A DNA stretch of 64,000 nt from Paraspadella gotoi (lineage: Eukaryota > Animalia > Chaetognatha). Numbering within the stretch: position 1 is the first letter of the stretch; each line of letters opens with the position of its first letter. A program made the position numbers and the translations under genes. The stretch lies in contig CM119270.1 of NCBI GenBank assembly GCA_051294375.1, positions 17,047,904-17,111,903 on the forward strand. The letters are read 5' to 3'. Below are positions 11,524 to 25,135 of the stretch, in pieces. The notes under the pieces are model-generated. The model did not search any database, had not been told where the DNA came from, and was given only the letters and a program-made list of their open reading frames with translations.

Positions 11524-13580
11524 GTTTATTTTGATTTATATTGTTCAATTAAAAATTTCACTCTGAGATAGTAATAGATATTCCAAATTAGTAAACCATT
11601 TTAAAATCCTCAGTTTTAAATTATCACATGTGATGAACTTTAAATTCCATTGAAAATCTTAAAAATAAAGTAAGGAAGCCATATTGAAAAGTTTTTTTTA
11701 AAGAAAACATTAGCCAGAAAGCAGTTGGATGAATGTATGTGAGGTTGGTTGGAGGAATGAAGATTTAGGGAGTAACTCAAAATGATCCCTGGTATGATAG
11801 ATGAAAAGAGCAAGTAAAATTTTATAAGATTTAAAGAAAAATGGATGAAATCTGTTAAGATTTACTCTTTTTTCACTTTTTCTACCATTTATTCTTTCAA
11901 TAACCATAAAACTGCCATATAAAATCCTTCTTTTTGAATATAATTTTAATGTTTATACTTATATTAATAAATTAAAAATAGATTTAATTTTTATAAATTT
12001 TATTTTCTATAAAACCATCAATTACATCTATCTGAAAACCACTCGTTTCTTCAAATTGAGCCTCCCTCTTTTGATCTGCTCCCTTAACATTTTCCCACTC
12101 CGTTGGTCCACCGCACCAGCGGCTGTAGGGGCCGTGGAAGTAGATCGCCGCAGCAGCGGCAAAAATTGGAGTTGCAGTATCGAACTTCAAAGACGAGGAG
12201 CTGCTTCAAAGGAGAGCGAGAGGTATGATGCTCAGACAAAAGGGAATTCATTTAGTGAATAAAACAAATAATATGAAGTATTGGTTTAAAACTTAATGGT
12301 TGCCATTTAAAAATTATGGTACCTCTATGATATATCTGTGAAATTCGTACAACCAATATATAATATTATCAATTTTATTCCTTTTAGTCAATTTTTTTCA
12401 ATTTTTCAATAAGTTATGAAAACTGTTGCTTGGTTGTTGTATTCTATTTGAAAAAAACTGAGGAACAAAATGAGAAATTTTTTTAAAAATTCTCGTTTAT
12501 TTTCTGAGAAATATGTAAAAAATTTTCATCGTTAATTTGTCCTTATTATTTCATAATTGTTTTTTCACTGGGAGATATCGACAAAAATTAAGCTCTTGCT
12601 TGTTTTCTCAACTCATAGATCGTCTGTACATTGCACGATGAATATATTTTTAAAAACTATATTGAAAATTAGGCACTCTTCCAAAACTACTCTTTCCGAA
12701 TTTCTGTTCCTAAATACTATTTAACCCTTAATATTTAACCCTAATCTGTTACCAAATCAATAACCTTAATACCTTAATCTTCATATTTAAAGCAATCCCT
12801 AACCTAATCTAACCTTAACCTTTAAACTAATCTATAAAGGTAATAACTAAATTAATTCCTAATTTCAGATAAAACTTACTTGCAAATAAATAACATCATT
12901 ATTTGGTCTTTATATTTATAATTAATTTAATTGTCTGAGTGAATAGAGAACAATGAGAAGAAAATTCGGATTAAAAATAAAAACGAAAAACAAAGTATAT
13001 TTTGTTAAAATTCAATGACGAATATTAATTATTATTGACTATTTTTTTCGAAGGGAGGATAAGATTAACAAATTTTATAAACGAAAAAAGTGTACTAATC
13101 AGGATATATAAGTATAGAAGTCGCGCATTGTAATTTGCATTTAAGTTATTGTACGAAATGATCGGGGATCGAACGACTGCCCCTAATATTTATACATTTA
13201 TCTTTAATTATTTTTTTCATGTTTTCGACAAAAAAATATTTTTTTGGGACAAATAAAGGTCATTCGTGCATAAGTTTTGCGTCAGATTATCTCAGTACTT
13301 GTCTCTCAGTCAAGTTGAGGGTCGAAAAACCAAATAATCTATCGTTATTTCACGATTTTCCCCAATTTTTCAAATTGAATTTCTTTTATTTTTAAAACTG
13401 TTATACAAGAAACGATTTGAAAAGATTATAAACACAGATTCAAGCAATTTTACATCTTAAAAATTAATACAAAGATCTTGAACGAAAAAACGATATCTTC
13501 CCCCCCCCCCTCGGCCCAAATTCTTCGTCCGTTCGCTGGGCCTTAGCGTCACGTGATCTTGTGGTCACGTGTTCGTAAGT

Positions 13581-15236
13581 CTAAGATCTCGACCAATCAT
13601 CATTGGCGCCTCGCCGCGCCGGCGGCTGCACCGGTTCCGGCGCTGCGGACGTTGGGACTGGCGGAGGGTGTCGACCTGGGAGAGAAAATAATATGATAAA
13701 ATGATATAATATGATAAAATGATATAATATAATATAATATTATATAATAAAACATATAATAATAATAATAATAATTTGATTAAGACTGTGATAGACGTGG
13801 GTTGACAGATTGGGATATTAAGAATATAAAATTGTTATCAGCTCTTTGGCCCAGATGTCCTTTGGTCCAGATGTCGATCTGTCTCAGTTTTACAATATAT
13901 ATCTACTGTGTTTCTTTTTTGGGGGGGAGGGGGGGATTTTTAAATGTCTATTTGAATAGTTTGTTTCCATTGATTTGCTTTTATAGTTAAACATATTTTT
14001 TAGGTCGAAGGTCGATTCTCACCGTTGATGGAATTTCCGTTGGGAGCAGCTGAGTCTGGGGTTTCGTCGATCTGAGGTTAAGCGAAGGAAAGATCAATTT
14101 TGATTGATTGATTTGATTGATTGATTGATATATTAAATGTAACATTTATCTCTCACTCACCTGCGTCATGTATCTAGGCGGCAGGGCCACGCCCACCCCG
14201 GTCAAGCGGACGTCCTCTCCCTTTTCATCGAACTCGTCAGATCTCATCGAGAGATGAAGTCCGAGATTGAATTCTGGGATCTCGTAGACGACGGCCAAGA
14301 GGAGCATCACGAAGAGAAGGCCCACCGCGATGTAGACTGGGAAATGGCATTCATTCGATTGATAGATTCATTGATTAATTCATTAATTGATAGATTTATT
14401 TCTGTTTCACCAATATATTTCAATTCATTTGTCGATTGTGATTGATTTCCCTTGTTAATTGATCTTTTCGGTGTTAGATTTATTAAATTGGTTGTTCAAT
14501 TGATTAGAAATTTATTTTTTGTTTATCAATTGATTTGATATATTTAATCAATTGATTGAACGATCGCTTTGAGCGATTTTACATTTGCGATTTATTCCCC
14601 CTTATCAATCGATGTAATGATAATATTGATTTTCTTGTTCCATTGATTGATTGGTTGGTTGGAGTCCTAATCTCTTCCCAACTTACACGTGGTGGCGAAT
14701 TTGTATCCCGGGTCATAGTTGACGCTGGGATCTTCGCCCGGGACGACGTCGCCCAAACCGATCGTCATCAGGGAAACGACGCAAAAGTAGAACGCGTCGA
14801 GGTAAGTCCTTTTTTCGATGGAAAGATTTAAATAAATATATGAGGGTTTATTACTATAATTAAATGTAAAACGGGGAAATGAGGCCGTGAAGTTTGTGAA
14901 TGGAAACTTGAAACTCTTTGTATACATATATATAAAAATCTTAAAAGCATAAAGATCGAGCCGCTTTCGATAGTAACCAAATATTGATGCGATGATAACC
15001 AAATATTGATGCGATGATAACCAAATATTGACGCGATGATAACCAATAATTGATGCGATGATAACAAAATGACTGATGTGATGATAATCAAATGATTGAT
15101 GCGATGATAGTCATTCATTGATATGATGATAATCATTCATTGATACGATGATAGTCATTCATTGATGCGATGATAGTCATTTATTGACGCGCTGAATCAT
15201 TCATCGTAAATAAAACAAACAAATGCGTGTATGAGT

Positions 15237-15280
<44 letters not shown>

Positions 15281-15437
15281 CTGGACAGTTTTCCGCATTA
15301 TTAGGTCTCTCTCGTTTATATAAAGAATAATCAGAATTTTTAGAAAAAAAATCCACGAAAATCTCGGATGTAAATTTGTGATTTTGTATTGAGAAAAAAG
15401 CGCGGAATAAATGGCGATAATAAAAGTTTTTAGAAGG

Positions 15438-15521
<84 letters not shown>

Positions 15522-15855
15522 AAGAGAGAGAGAGGAGAGAGAGTTTTTATTAGGTCACTCTCGTTTATATCGTATTTTCCGTTGCCTCGCAACGGCGTCG
15601 TGAAATTGGGTCTATGTTGATTTTTTTTTTATACACGTAACGCGTTATTAGGTCATGTTCCTCGACATTGTTTACTTGTTGCTCCGCAACGACCACGAAA
15701 TCTAGGTTAAGTAAGTTATTGTATTTTGGGATTTTGTATTGAGATAAAATAATAAATGGCGATAATAAAAGTTTTTAGAAGGAAAAAATCCACGAAAATC
15801 TCGGAATAAATGGCGATAATAAAGATTTTTTGAAGGAAAAAAAAAGAGAAGAGAG

Positions 15856-15910
<55 letters not shown>

Positions 15911-17370
15911 GAGAGATAGAGAAAAAAGATTGTTCTTTTTTAGGAAGAAACCAGACCGAGGTCAAATTAATATTTGCATATATAATTAATTTATAAATAG
16001 TTATCACAACTCAAATAATTATTATTTAAAAAAAGTTAAAAATGATTAAATATATACACTAAAAATATTTATAAATTAATAATAGTACAAATTATCAGAA
16101 TAACAAAAAGTAATGTTTAATTTGACTATATCTCCTCTTATCAACTCCTATTTTAGATATAATTTGCCAATAGTGGGCCAACCGGTCCAAAGTTGCAATA
16201 ATAAATAAAAACAAAATTTTTTTTTTATAAGTGATGCATGCAATTATATTATTCGGCAAAAGTGCTGCATATATAATAGGTCACATTAGCTGATTTATAT
16301 GTGATAATGCATATCATTATAAGTTATTCTTCATTTTTTTTAAAAATAATAAGAGAGAGAGAGAGAGAAGAGAGAAAGAAAAAGAAAAACCGAATTCTTT
16401 CCAATTATATCTCAGATATAAATTTGGGATTTTGTATTGAAAAAAAAGCGCGGAATAAATGGCGATAATAAAAGTTTTGAGAAGGAAAAAAATAATCAGA
16501 ATTTTTCAAAAAACGAACGATCGTACAGAGTGAGAGAGACAGAAAGACAGAAAGAGAGAGAAAGAGAGACAGAAAGAGAAAAAGAGAGACAAAGAGACAG
16601 AAAGAAAGAGAAAGCTGGAAGCCAGCTGAACAGTCACTGCAGAACCTGAACTCGTTTTTTAAGGGTTCAGAAAAAGCAGCAACTGACAAATATAGGAAAG
16701 AAAATCATATATAATTTAAAGAATAAAAAAGAAAGGCAAAAATATGTTACAATTGTTTACAATTGGAAATTTTTCCAATTTTTTCCAATCGCAGCTTGTA
16801 AAAGATTTAATTTATATTTGTATTAAAATTAAGATATAGCTTCTCATTAAAAAAATCCTTTGAGTTCCCATTTTTATTAAAAATTTAAAACAAATTTTTT
16901 GAATTTCATCTTCAATATTATATACTGCAATATGTAAATTAGATTAAAGCATTTCTATATACTAATTTGGATATTATAAGGAGTACTTTAATCTCATTTG
17001 CATATTGCAGTAAATCATAATGAAGTGGAAATTCAAACAAAAAATACTTAAATCCAAATGTAATATGAAATATCACAGCTATTTCAAGATGAAAAGCCAT
17101 ATCTAAATTTTTAACTTACTATGATCGCACACTTTTGTAAAACTTTATCATAATTCATAATAATTTTTATTTTAAAAAAAAACGGTAAGTCACAGCCAAA
17201 CCTATAAAAGCGTAGTAGTTTTTATATATGAAAACAGCGTGACGGACGACGACGACGACGACGACGACTACGTCACAAAGAAGCAACCCTAAAACATTAT
17301 AGAGCCTGACCCGGCTTCGCCGGTCAAGGCTCGATAATATATATATATACATTGTTATAATCATTTCTTT

Positions 17371-17408
<38 letters not shown>

Positions 17409-20188
17409 TTCCAACAAAGAATTGAGAAAGGACAGTGGTCAGATGTGAGGACAGGTGAAGGTAAGGGCAGGGAAAAAGAAAAAAATTGGTTTAAACTTGA
17501 AAGGTTAAATTTTGGAGAGTGAACAGAGGTAGAGAAAATATTTACATTTGGCAATGTATAACAATTATTTATATTTATATTACATATAAATTAATTTGAA
17601 GCGCCTACGAGATTATCATCGACGGGAAATCTCTTAATCTCGATCCTCCAATCCAGAGTCCAAACCTCACCCGCCATCCCTTACCAATTAGGTTCGTAAG
17701 AGTTAAAGACGGCCGCAGGAATCAAGACGAGGAAGACGAGTATGACGACGACCAAGATCCCGAGGTGAGTCAATCGGATGTGGAAAGGTTGGACGCCCTT
17801 GGGGACGAGCTTGTCCACGAGAAACTGGAGGAAGAACGAGGAATTTTCATCGGATAAGTTATGGTTATGACATTTCTTGAGTTTCAGTTAAGTCGTTACT
17901 TAACGAAGTGTTTTGTTTTATAAATTCATGTGACAAATTAAAACAGAAGCAATGAGATGATTAAAATGGATAGATTTTTACATAGATAATAAATAATAAG
18001 AATAAGAAAATAATAAAAAAATTATTGGCAATCATTCTCTAAACACGAAGTAAGATTGCAAGCTGGACAATGTGATTTTACCAATGATCACGATCACTGA
18101 TTACTTTTAACCTGTAATAAGAGAGAAGTTGGAATCATTAGTCGCTCCACCAAAGCGGTGAACATTATCAGCGTCAAATGGAACGCCGATTCCAGCGTAG
18201 AAAATGCAGAAGACCTTTGCGGAATCCGACAAAGGAGCCGTGTTGCCGTAACCTTATCAGTATGTGAATAATAAATATTAGGCGGATCCATTTTGTATTA
18301 ACTTTTTATTATCGAAACTTTTCTATGCCAAAAATAACAATTTGAACGTTAATATAGTTAATATTTTAATTATATTTCCAATTGAATTCAGTAATAACGT
18401 ATTTTGTTTTTCTTTGCAACGCCTGGCGCCTCTAGCGACAAAAGTGAGCACTCGGTTTTAGCTTTTCATATTCCTCACGAATTCAGTTCGAGTCAGCTGG
18501 TTCAACAGTTAAAAGTGGGGAAACCCAACTCCTATTTTGTCTCACAATAAAACTGCTAAGGATAAACAGATATGGAGACAATTCAACTTTAAAGACCGTT
18601 TTGTTTAAAAATTTAATTCGCACCCTTCTCTGATACATAATTTTTGTGGCTCTCTCTAAATCTATATAGTTCTAAACTATCCTCCTATGTAATGCAATTT
18701 CTATGATAAAATGGACCAAACTCCATTAAAAATAACTAATATTGAGACTGAAGACTACGAAATATCGATGAATAACGAAGAAGTAAAAGAAGAAAACTTG
18801 TTTAAATGTTTACAATGTAATTTCTCATCGCCCCGAGAGGACTTGTTGAATGCTCACGTCAAAGATTGGCATGACAAAATAACGCACATGGTAAGCAATT
18901 TCTTTTTTCCAAATTTGTAATTAGAGATTCCATGCTTCCTAAAGTTTTAATTAATAAATAAATTGTTTTTAATATTATTTACTTTTATATTTCCAGTGCG
19001 ATATTTGTGGCTACGCGGGAATAAGTAGAATTCAACTTTATCAACACAAATATTTAACGCATTCCACTCGAACCTTCATGTGCAGCGTTTGTAATTACTC
19101 GGCTCTTCGTCAGCAATACGTTACCAGACACGAACGGAGGTATCACGGAATCATCAAGGAAAAGATTCAGTTTAAAAATAAATCGGCTAAAAACGAAATA
19201 TTGAGCTGTCCAGAATGTGATTTTACCACGAAACTCCATCAATCGCTCAAATGCCACCGAGAGAGCCACAGTACAAACGCGAAATACTTTTGCGAGCTTT
19301 GTAATTTCACTTCGAATACAAAAGCCAAACTTTATAAGCATAAATTCGTTCATTCGGATAAAATCTACGAGTGTCTCGAATGCGATTATAAAACAAAAAA
19401 TAAAAGTTATTTAGATGATCATAAACGTAAAAGACATCGCAAGTTCATGATATGTGAAAAGTGTCAATTTGTGGCAACTAGCAAATTAGATTTTAAGAAG
19501 CATCTAAAAATATGTCAAATAAAGGAAGACCACCTAAAAGATCCTAATGCCTTACTGTTCACTGTAAAGGACAACTCGGTTATTGATGAACATTTGTCCT
19601 CAGAAGAATTTTAAAATTCACCAAGTTTACATATGGCGAAATTTCTCGGACTAACCCCATTGTTAATAATGAACTCCATTTTAGTACATTAGGACGCATT
19701 TTTGAATGTGCACACCTCAAATTTTTTACTCCTTGGGGAATTAGCATCAAGCATCATATTTTATCCCACGTGGCTGAGCTAAAACTGGTCGACTATAAAA
19801 ATGTGAAAACGGAATACAAAATTCATAAACCATTTTAACCTTAAACTGTAATATTGTAATAAAACTCTCATAAACTGTAGTATTTTTTGCTAGGTTTGGT
19901 AGAGTTAAGCTTTATTTTTTGTCTGAATTTTTATTTTCTTTTTTATTCAAATTTATAACATGCAGTTCAGTTTTTCAGAATTTTTTTTTTCAAACTTTTA
20001 TGTTTATTACTTTATTCTTACAACTAGTTCTGCATGTTCAAAAAGCAATTCATTTATCAAATTTTAGTATTCATGTTACAACTATGAGATCAAATTGGCC
20101 TCATCTAAAATCTGTCCTTACCACTGATCACTGGTCTTTCTCAATTCTTTGTTGGAAACCTTAACCTTGCTCTTCTTCTTCTTCTTCT

Positions 20189-20224
<36 letters not shown>

Positions 20225-23200
20225 TTTTCTTAACTCACAAATGTTATTCCCAATTTCACAAATGTTAAGCGCTGATGAAGGCTCGAAATTTGTGAGCCAA
20301 AACATGTCTGCTTTATTACAAATAAAATCGTTGTAAAAAATTCAAAAACTTTGCTAATCTCTTACAACAACGAAAGAAAAGATTATACCATGAGCTTTCT
20401 ATGAAAATTTGCAAATTACTCGTTTCACCATTTTCTATTTTTATATTTTTTGTAGCAAAATGGAAAATAGCGAAACGAAATCTGTCAACTTGGAAAATGA
20501 TAAGACTGACGAAATAAATGTGTTGAAAACACAGCGTACTCCATCGGTAAAGTCTGAGGAACAATTAATTAGTCCAAGGAACGAAATTGAAAAACCATTC
20601 AAGTGTGAACAATGTGAATCCTCCTCCCATTACCAAAATTGTTTATTTCATTTTGTGCAAATCCTAAATAGATATAGATAGATATTCTACATATTTAGCA
20701 GAAATATTTTTTTTACAATTACCTATTCTCAACTGCGACAGCAATTAAAACTACCAAACGACCATTATTCCACCCTTGCACAAAGTCGGAGAGGTACAAT
20801 GCATTAAGCGTTCATCCCTCTCGTTTCTCCCTCTCACCTATGGTAGTGATGAGTGTCCCGGCGAAGAAAACCGCGTTGGCAAAACTCCAAGTGGCATCTC
20901 CGGTGACATTAAGCGAAGCGGAGACGCCCAACCGAGCGCCGTACTCGATCGCTTGGATGAACCGCTCCAGGTCGGCCTCTGGATGAAGGAGAGGGAAGAA
21001 AGTTGGAATTTATGATAATTGGGTCAAGTGAGCGAGCTTTTTTAAATATGAATCACTATCGGTTACTTTCTTTTCGTTTTTTAAAGTAATTTAGAGTTAG
21101 ACGTTGAGGAGGCGGAAGTACGTTAGAATTTAGTTGGTCACTCAAATCTTCGGGAGTCAGATCGCCTTAATCAGCTGACCACTTCATCTCACTCGCCTTC
21201 AATGCATTTTGACATAAACTCGATAAAGTTCTTCAGTTCCACTTTAAAAAAAAAATATTATTTAAAAAAAAAAAAATTTGTTTTTCACTACCCTTTTAAA
21301 AATTTTTTTTTTCTCTGCTCAACCACGAGTTTGGATTTTGTGATAAAGTTCTGAGAAAAAATATGCTGACCGCGACGGAAAGCTGACGGGATGGTGGCAG
21401 GACATTGGGGGGGGGGCAATAGTAAGTAGAATTATAAGTTATGAAATTGGTACAACCAATATAAAAATCGTCGTTCTTATCGACGAGGTGGAGGTTTCAT
21501 ATCAGACTATTAGTGGTATGAAAAAGAGAGGGGAGATAAAAGCAAAACGGAGGAAGGAAGAGGAAGAGAGAAAGTTATAAACATCCGGGGGAAATACGGA
21601 GATAAAAGCAAAACGGAGGAAGGAAGAGAAAAAGTTATAAACATCCGGGGGAAATACGGAGATAAATGAAAAACGGAGGAAGGAAGAGGAAGAGAAAAAG
21701 TTATAAACATCCGAGGGAAATTCGGAGATAAAAGCAAAACGGAGGAAGGAAGAGGAAGAGAGAAAGTTATAAACATCCGGGGGAAATTCGGAGATAAAAG
21801 CAAAACGGAGGAAGGAAGAGAAAGAGAGGAAAATTGTTTAGTCGACCTTGATTCTCATGAGAGAAGGAAGAGGAAACTACCAAAAGTAACTGAAAAAAAA
21901 AGAGAAAGAAAAAGTAAATAGAGACAGACATAAAAAAAAAGAGAGATAGAGACCTGGGACCAATGGGAAAATATTTTACCTGTTCGCTTTTTTCGACGAA
22001 AATAGATTTAAAAGGTTTCCGATGTCTCGTTTGTTTTGCATAAAAAAAAAAAAGAGGAAAACTGAGGGGGACGTTTGGGCCGGCGAGTTCCTCTCTCCCC
22101 TTTGTTTACCATTATCTCGTTCTCTCCTTTTATATATATTTCGTTCGTACGTGGGCTAGAGTTACCGTCGTTTTTTTGCGCGGACAACATAACCTTTAGA
22201 CATCGTACGTTTTTCGTAGAGGGGCGCGGCTCTCGTCGGCTCTGCCCACATTGTACGCCTTTCAGAGCGTTTCTCGGCGAATATGCGAAGTAATTTGTAC
22301 TACTTGCGGAAATAGACAAGTTTTAGTAGTAATTTATGCTAGTGGTGTATATACTGATCAAAATGTCTACTTTAGCGAACTGAGATATTAATCTGTATTT
22401 CATTTATATTAATATTGATATTCTCATTTCTTTAAATCACTATGGCTAGTAATATTGCTACTAATTGGAATGAGGTTTAAGGTTTGTAACTTTATCAGTT
22501 TATGTTTTACGTTTTTTCTGACAGTTTTCTCCGATGAGTCATTACGTTCCATCTCACCGTTCCCCCCTACCTTCCATGCAATGATTGCCCCTCAAAAAGT
22601 TTTCCTTCATTGTCCGAATCTTTTCCTTCTGTTCCACGGTGACGGGTCGTTCGATGGCGAAAAACGCCAGCGCGCCAAGAAAGACGTAGATCGTCCAACC
22701 GGAAGCGATGATCAGCGTCGCGAGGGCGTGGCGCGTTCCGCCGTGGCCTTCGCGGAGATAGTTTAGGAGGATCATGGTCGGGGCGGCGGAGTAAGGAAAT
22801 TCGGTGAGTAAGTTTGGTAAGTTATTAGAGGGATCGTTGAGATAAGTGCTCGAAGGGGAATATTAACGCGCCGATGGTCAGCGAATTTTCAGGTCAAGAA
22901 ATGGTGCCGGAAATCCTGATGGACGAGGTTTCCGGAAATGAGTCCGTCGGGTATGGCTCACGTGAGACATGAGATGGGCATAGAGAGTGAGTTTTACCAA
23001 AAATAGTTGTTTTTTTTGTTTTTGTTTAGTGAACGATGAATTTAAAACACAACAACAAAACAGAGAGACGGAAATCGATTTCTCTTTGTTCACGTCGTCG
23101 TCGTCATGGAGAGTTTGGAGACGCAGCGTTTCCAAAGACGACGATGGATACGACGAAAGCGACCCTTGCGTCGTCGGGGGAAATTAAAAGTCGAATCCTC

Positions 23201-23977
23201 CGCGTTAATTTGCAGAGAAATAGATCGTCGATTTCATCCTTAGTCACGTAATTAAAATTCAGGTTATAAAATTATAAAGATACTGGCGATACTTTTTTGC
23301 TGTTGGTTATGTCTGGATTGTTTTGAGTTTTCCAAAGTTGGATTTCGGGACGTTAAGAAAAACATACCGAAGCAAAAATTACGGGAAAATGACGTTTTTA
23401 CAAGAAAAGAGAGAATTGTCTTCTAACCCCGAGGGCGAATCTCCGATCCTGTTTTGGGGCCTCTGATTAACAGGTCAAGGCCGTTCCACGCCGCGAAAAT
23501 ACGTAGTAGTTTCAAGGGTACGGCCTCGGCGACTTTAAACTCGTTTATTTCGGCGTTTTGCTATTTTCGAGTTTAATAGTAATTATCAATAGTTGAAATG
23601 TTGATTTACTAGCATAAGTTCACTGCTGAAGCTAATTCTGTTTAATTTGTATTTTACGGTGTCTAATTTTTGTCAGAGAAATTCATTTAAAATTTAGTTT
23701 TAGCTTTAATTGATAAAAAGTCTGAAGGTTGCAAAGTTTGAAAAAATTACGGGGAATTTTTGAGGAGTAATTAATAAATTATTAATTAGTAAAGGCGACA
23801 TGAAACCGTTTTAAAATTTTAAAAGCGATGAAATGAATGGTTTTGATGAAATGAATAAACGATTAGGCAATTGTACAATGTACACATTTAATCATACTTT
23901 TCAAGCTTGACAAAAATTGACCCAAAAAAAAAAATAAAAAACGAGAGTAGGGATTTAGAATAAACTTAAAAGCTTAA

Positions 23978-24015
<38 letters not shown>

Positions 24016-24842
24016 TTCGCTTGTGAATTTCTGTTTTGAATGTCACAGAGGATCGAGTTTGCGAATTAGTCCCAAATTGTCGGTAACGATTTCTATCTGT
24101 CGTGAGGTCACACAGACACTTAACGTTTTTTATAAATTGTTTTAATGTTCTCACTGAAGCTCAGATGCTCCTCATTAGTTTTCAAAGTATCACAGACACA
24201 GTTTCTGATATTTTGATATTCGTGACTTTGGCGATTGTTTTTTACTCAGATTTTGAAAATACATACGATTCTACATTTAAAAAAAAATTTAAAATATACA
24301 TATATGTAATCAATTAATATACTTAAATTATATAATTAAATAGTAAAACTTTAAATATTAATATTATAAAATATTAAAAGATATAACAATTTTTCATACT
24401 TTTGCAGCTTGAACTTTTTCCTTCCTGTTTATTTTTTAAAAACCTTCCTTCTTCAGTTTGAGATTTAACTTGTTACGTATTTAACCTGTAAACACTATTG
24501 TCCACTATTACCTTTTAATTCTAGTGTTGAGTGAGTTATTTTTTGCTCTGCATCACTTTAATAACATTCACTCCTTACCTCCCCCCCCCAACCGTCACCC
24601 TCCCCCCCCCTTGTCTCACCAGTCATCCCGTCCGCGTGCTCCTCCAAGAAGTTGGCCCGCGTCTCCAGCATCTCGTCCACCCTCTCCTCCTCCAACGGAC
24701 CCTCGATGAGCTGGAAGACGAAGGCGCCGGCGACGACGAAGACGACGTATACGACGAGGAGAAGAAGCATCCGCGAAGTGGATCGTCGAAGGCGGACGGC
24801 GCCCACGCGGGTCTCGTGGGTGGAGAGGCCTGGGACTTGCAT
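13581..24842 (-). CDS. Two-pore-domain K+ channel, TWIK (KCNK1/KCNK6-like) subfamily; exons 24842-24620 (or 22775-22571), 20978-20838, 18252-18112, 17824-17685, 14808-14687, 14336-14161, 14071-14023, 13675-13581
   Basis: P1 WSFANAVFFAGTLITTIG|YGNTAPLSD; P2 WTYLDAFYFCVVSLMTIGLGDVVPG (GLG in P2 as in TWIK); M4 YIAVGLLFVMLLL. One extra base in the M2 exon near 18176-18178 breaks the frame. Confidence 0.9.
14975..15192. repeat. About 22-23-bp tandem repeat (ccaaatattgatgcgatgataa and variants)
   Basis: Directly visible degenerate tandem units. Confidence 0.85.
15340..16500. repeat. Locally triplicated about 80-bp block adjoining (GA)n tracts
   Basis: gattttgtattgag..gcgcggaataaatggcgataataaaagttttt.gaaggaaaaa at about 15380, 15730 and 16428. 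Confidence 0.75.
17370..17590 (-). mobile_element. Partial third copy of the same repeat family
   Basis: (GA)n-ccaacaaagaattgagaaaggacagtggtcagatgtgaggacaggtgaaggtaaggg..ttacattt..aatgtataacaa matches 38917-39066. Confidence 0.6.
18711..19614 (+). CDS. Multi-C2H2 zinc-finger protein nested antisense in a K2P intron; exons 18711-18890, 18997-19614
   Basis: Repeated CxxC..HxxxxH fingers (FKCLQC..HVKDWH, CDICGY..HKYLTH, CSVCNY, CPECDF, CELCNF, CLECDY, CEKCQF); phase-0 GT-AG intron. Confidence 0.85.
20095..20320 (+). mobile_element. Second copy of the hammerhead-bearing repeat (core mutated)
   Basis: aagcg-CTGATGAa-ggctc..gagcc-AAAACATGTC-tgctt at 20267-20313; shares body sequence and a (CT)n tract with 38692-39120. 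Confidence 0.55.
20460..20681 (+). pseudogene. Truncated zinc-finger gene fragment (N-terminus plus the start of one finger)
   Basis: MENSETKSVNLEN..EIEKPFKCEQCES, after which the finger pattern is lost. The layout resembles exon 1 of the neighbouring ZnF gene. Confidence 0.4.
21530..21830. repeat. About 57-63-bp tandem repeat (about 5 units)
   Basis: ggagataaaagcaaaacggaggaaggaagaggaagagagaaagttataaacatccgggggaaatac repeated. Confidence 0.9.
22571..22775 (-). CDS. Alternative first coding exon (TM1 plus first cap helix) of the K2P channel
   Basis: MILLNYLREGHGG..WTIYVFLGALAFFAIERPVTVEQKEKIRTMKENFLRGNHCME with a phase-1 GT donor. It is homologous to exon 24842-24620 and splices in frame to 20978. 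Confidence 0.7.
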
Positions 24843-25086
24843 GGTCGCGGGTGGGGTTGATGGTTTGGAGGTGTTGGGGGGCGTCTTGGTGCGAAGGATT
24901 CTTCGATCTGATTAAATCAAATGAATGATTGAAATATAATGGAATTTACTGTAATGAGAAAGATTTAAATTAAATTGTACTGTTGAATATTATGAATAAG
25001 GAATATTATGAATAAGGGCGTGTTTTATTTGTAGCTAAAAAAAAATCTAAAAATCGATATTAATTTAGAGACCTTTTTCCGATACA

Positions 25087-25135
<49 letters not shown>

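Noticed and set aside
11984-12262. GC-richer exon-like block between pannexin copy 2 and the K2P 3' end
   Set aside because: No frame gives a recognisable product and it could not be joined to a gene model; left unannotated.
13546-13572. Paired CACGTG E-boxes
   Set aside because: They lie just past the K2P stop codon; two hexamers alone are insufficient evidence of regulation.
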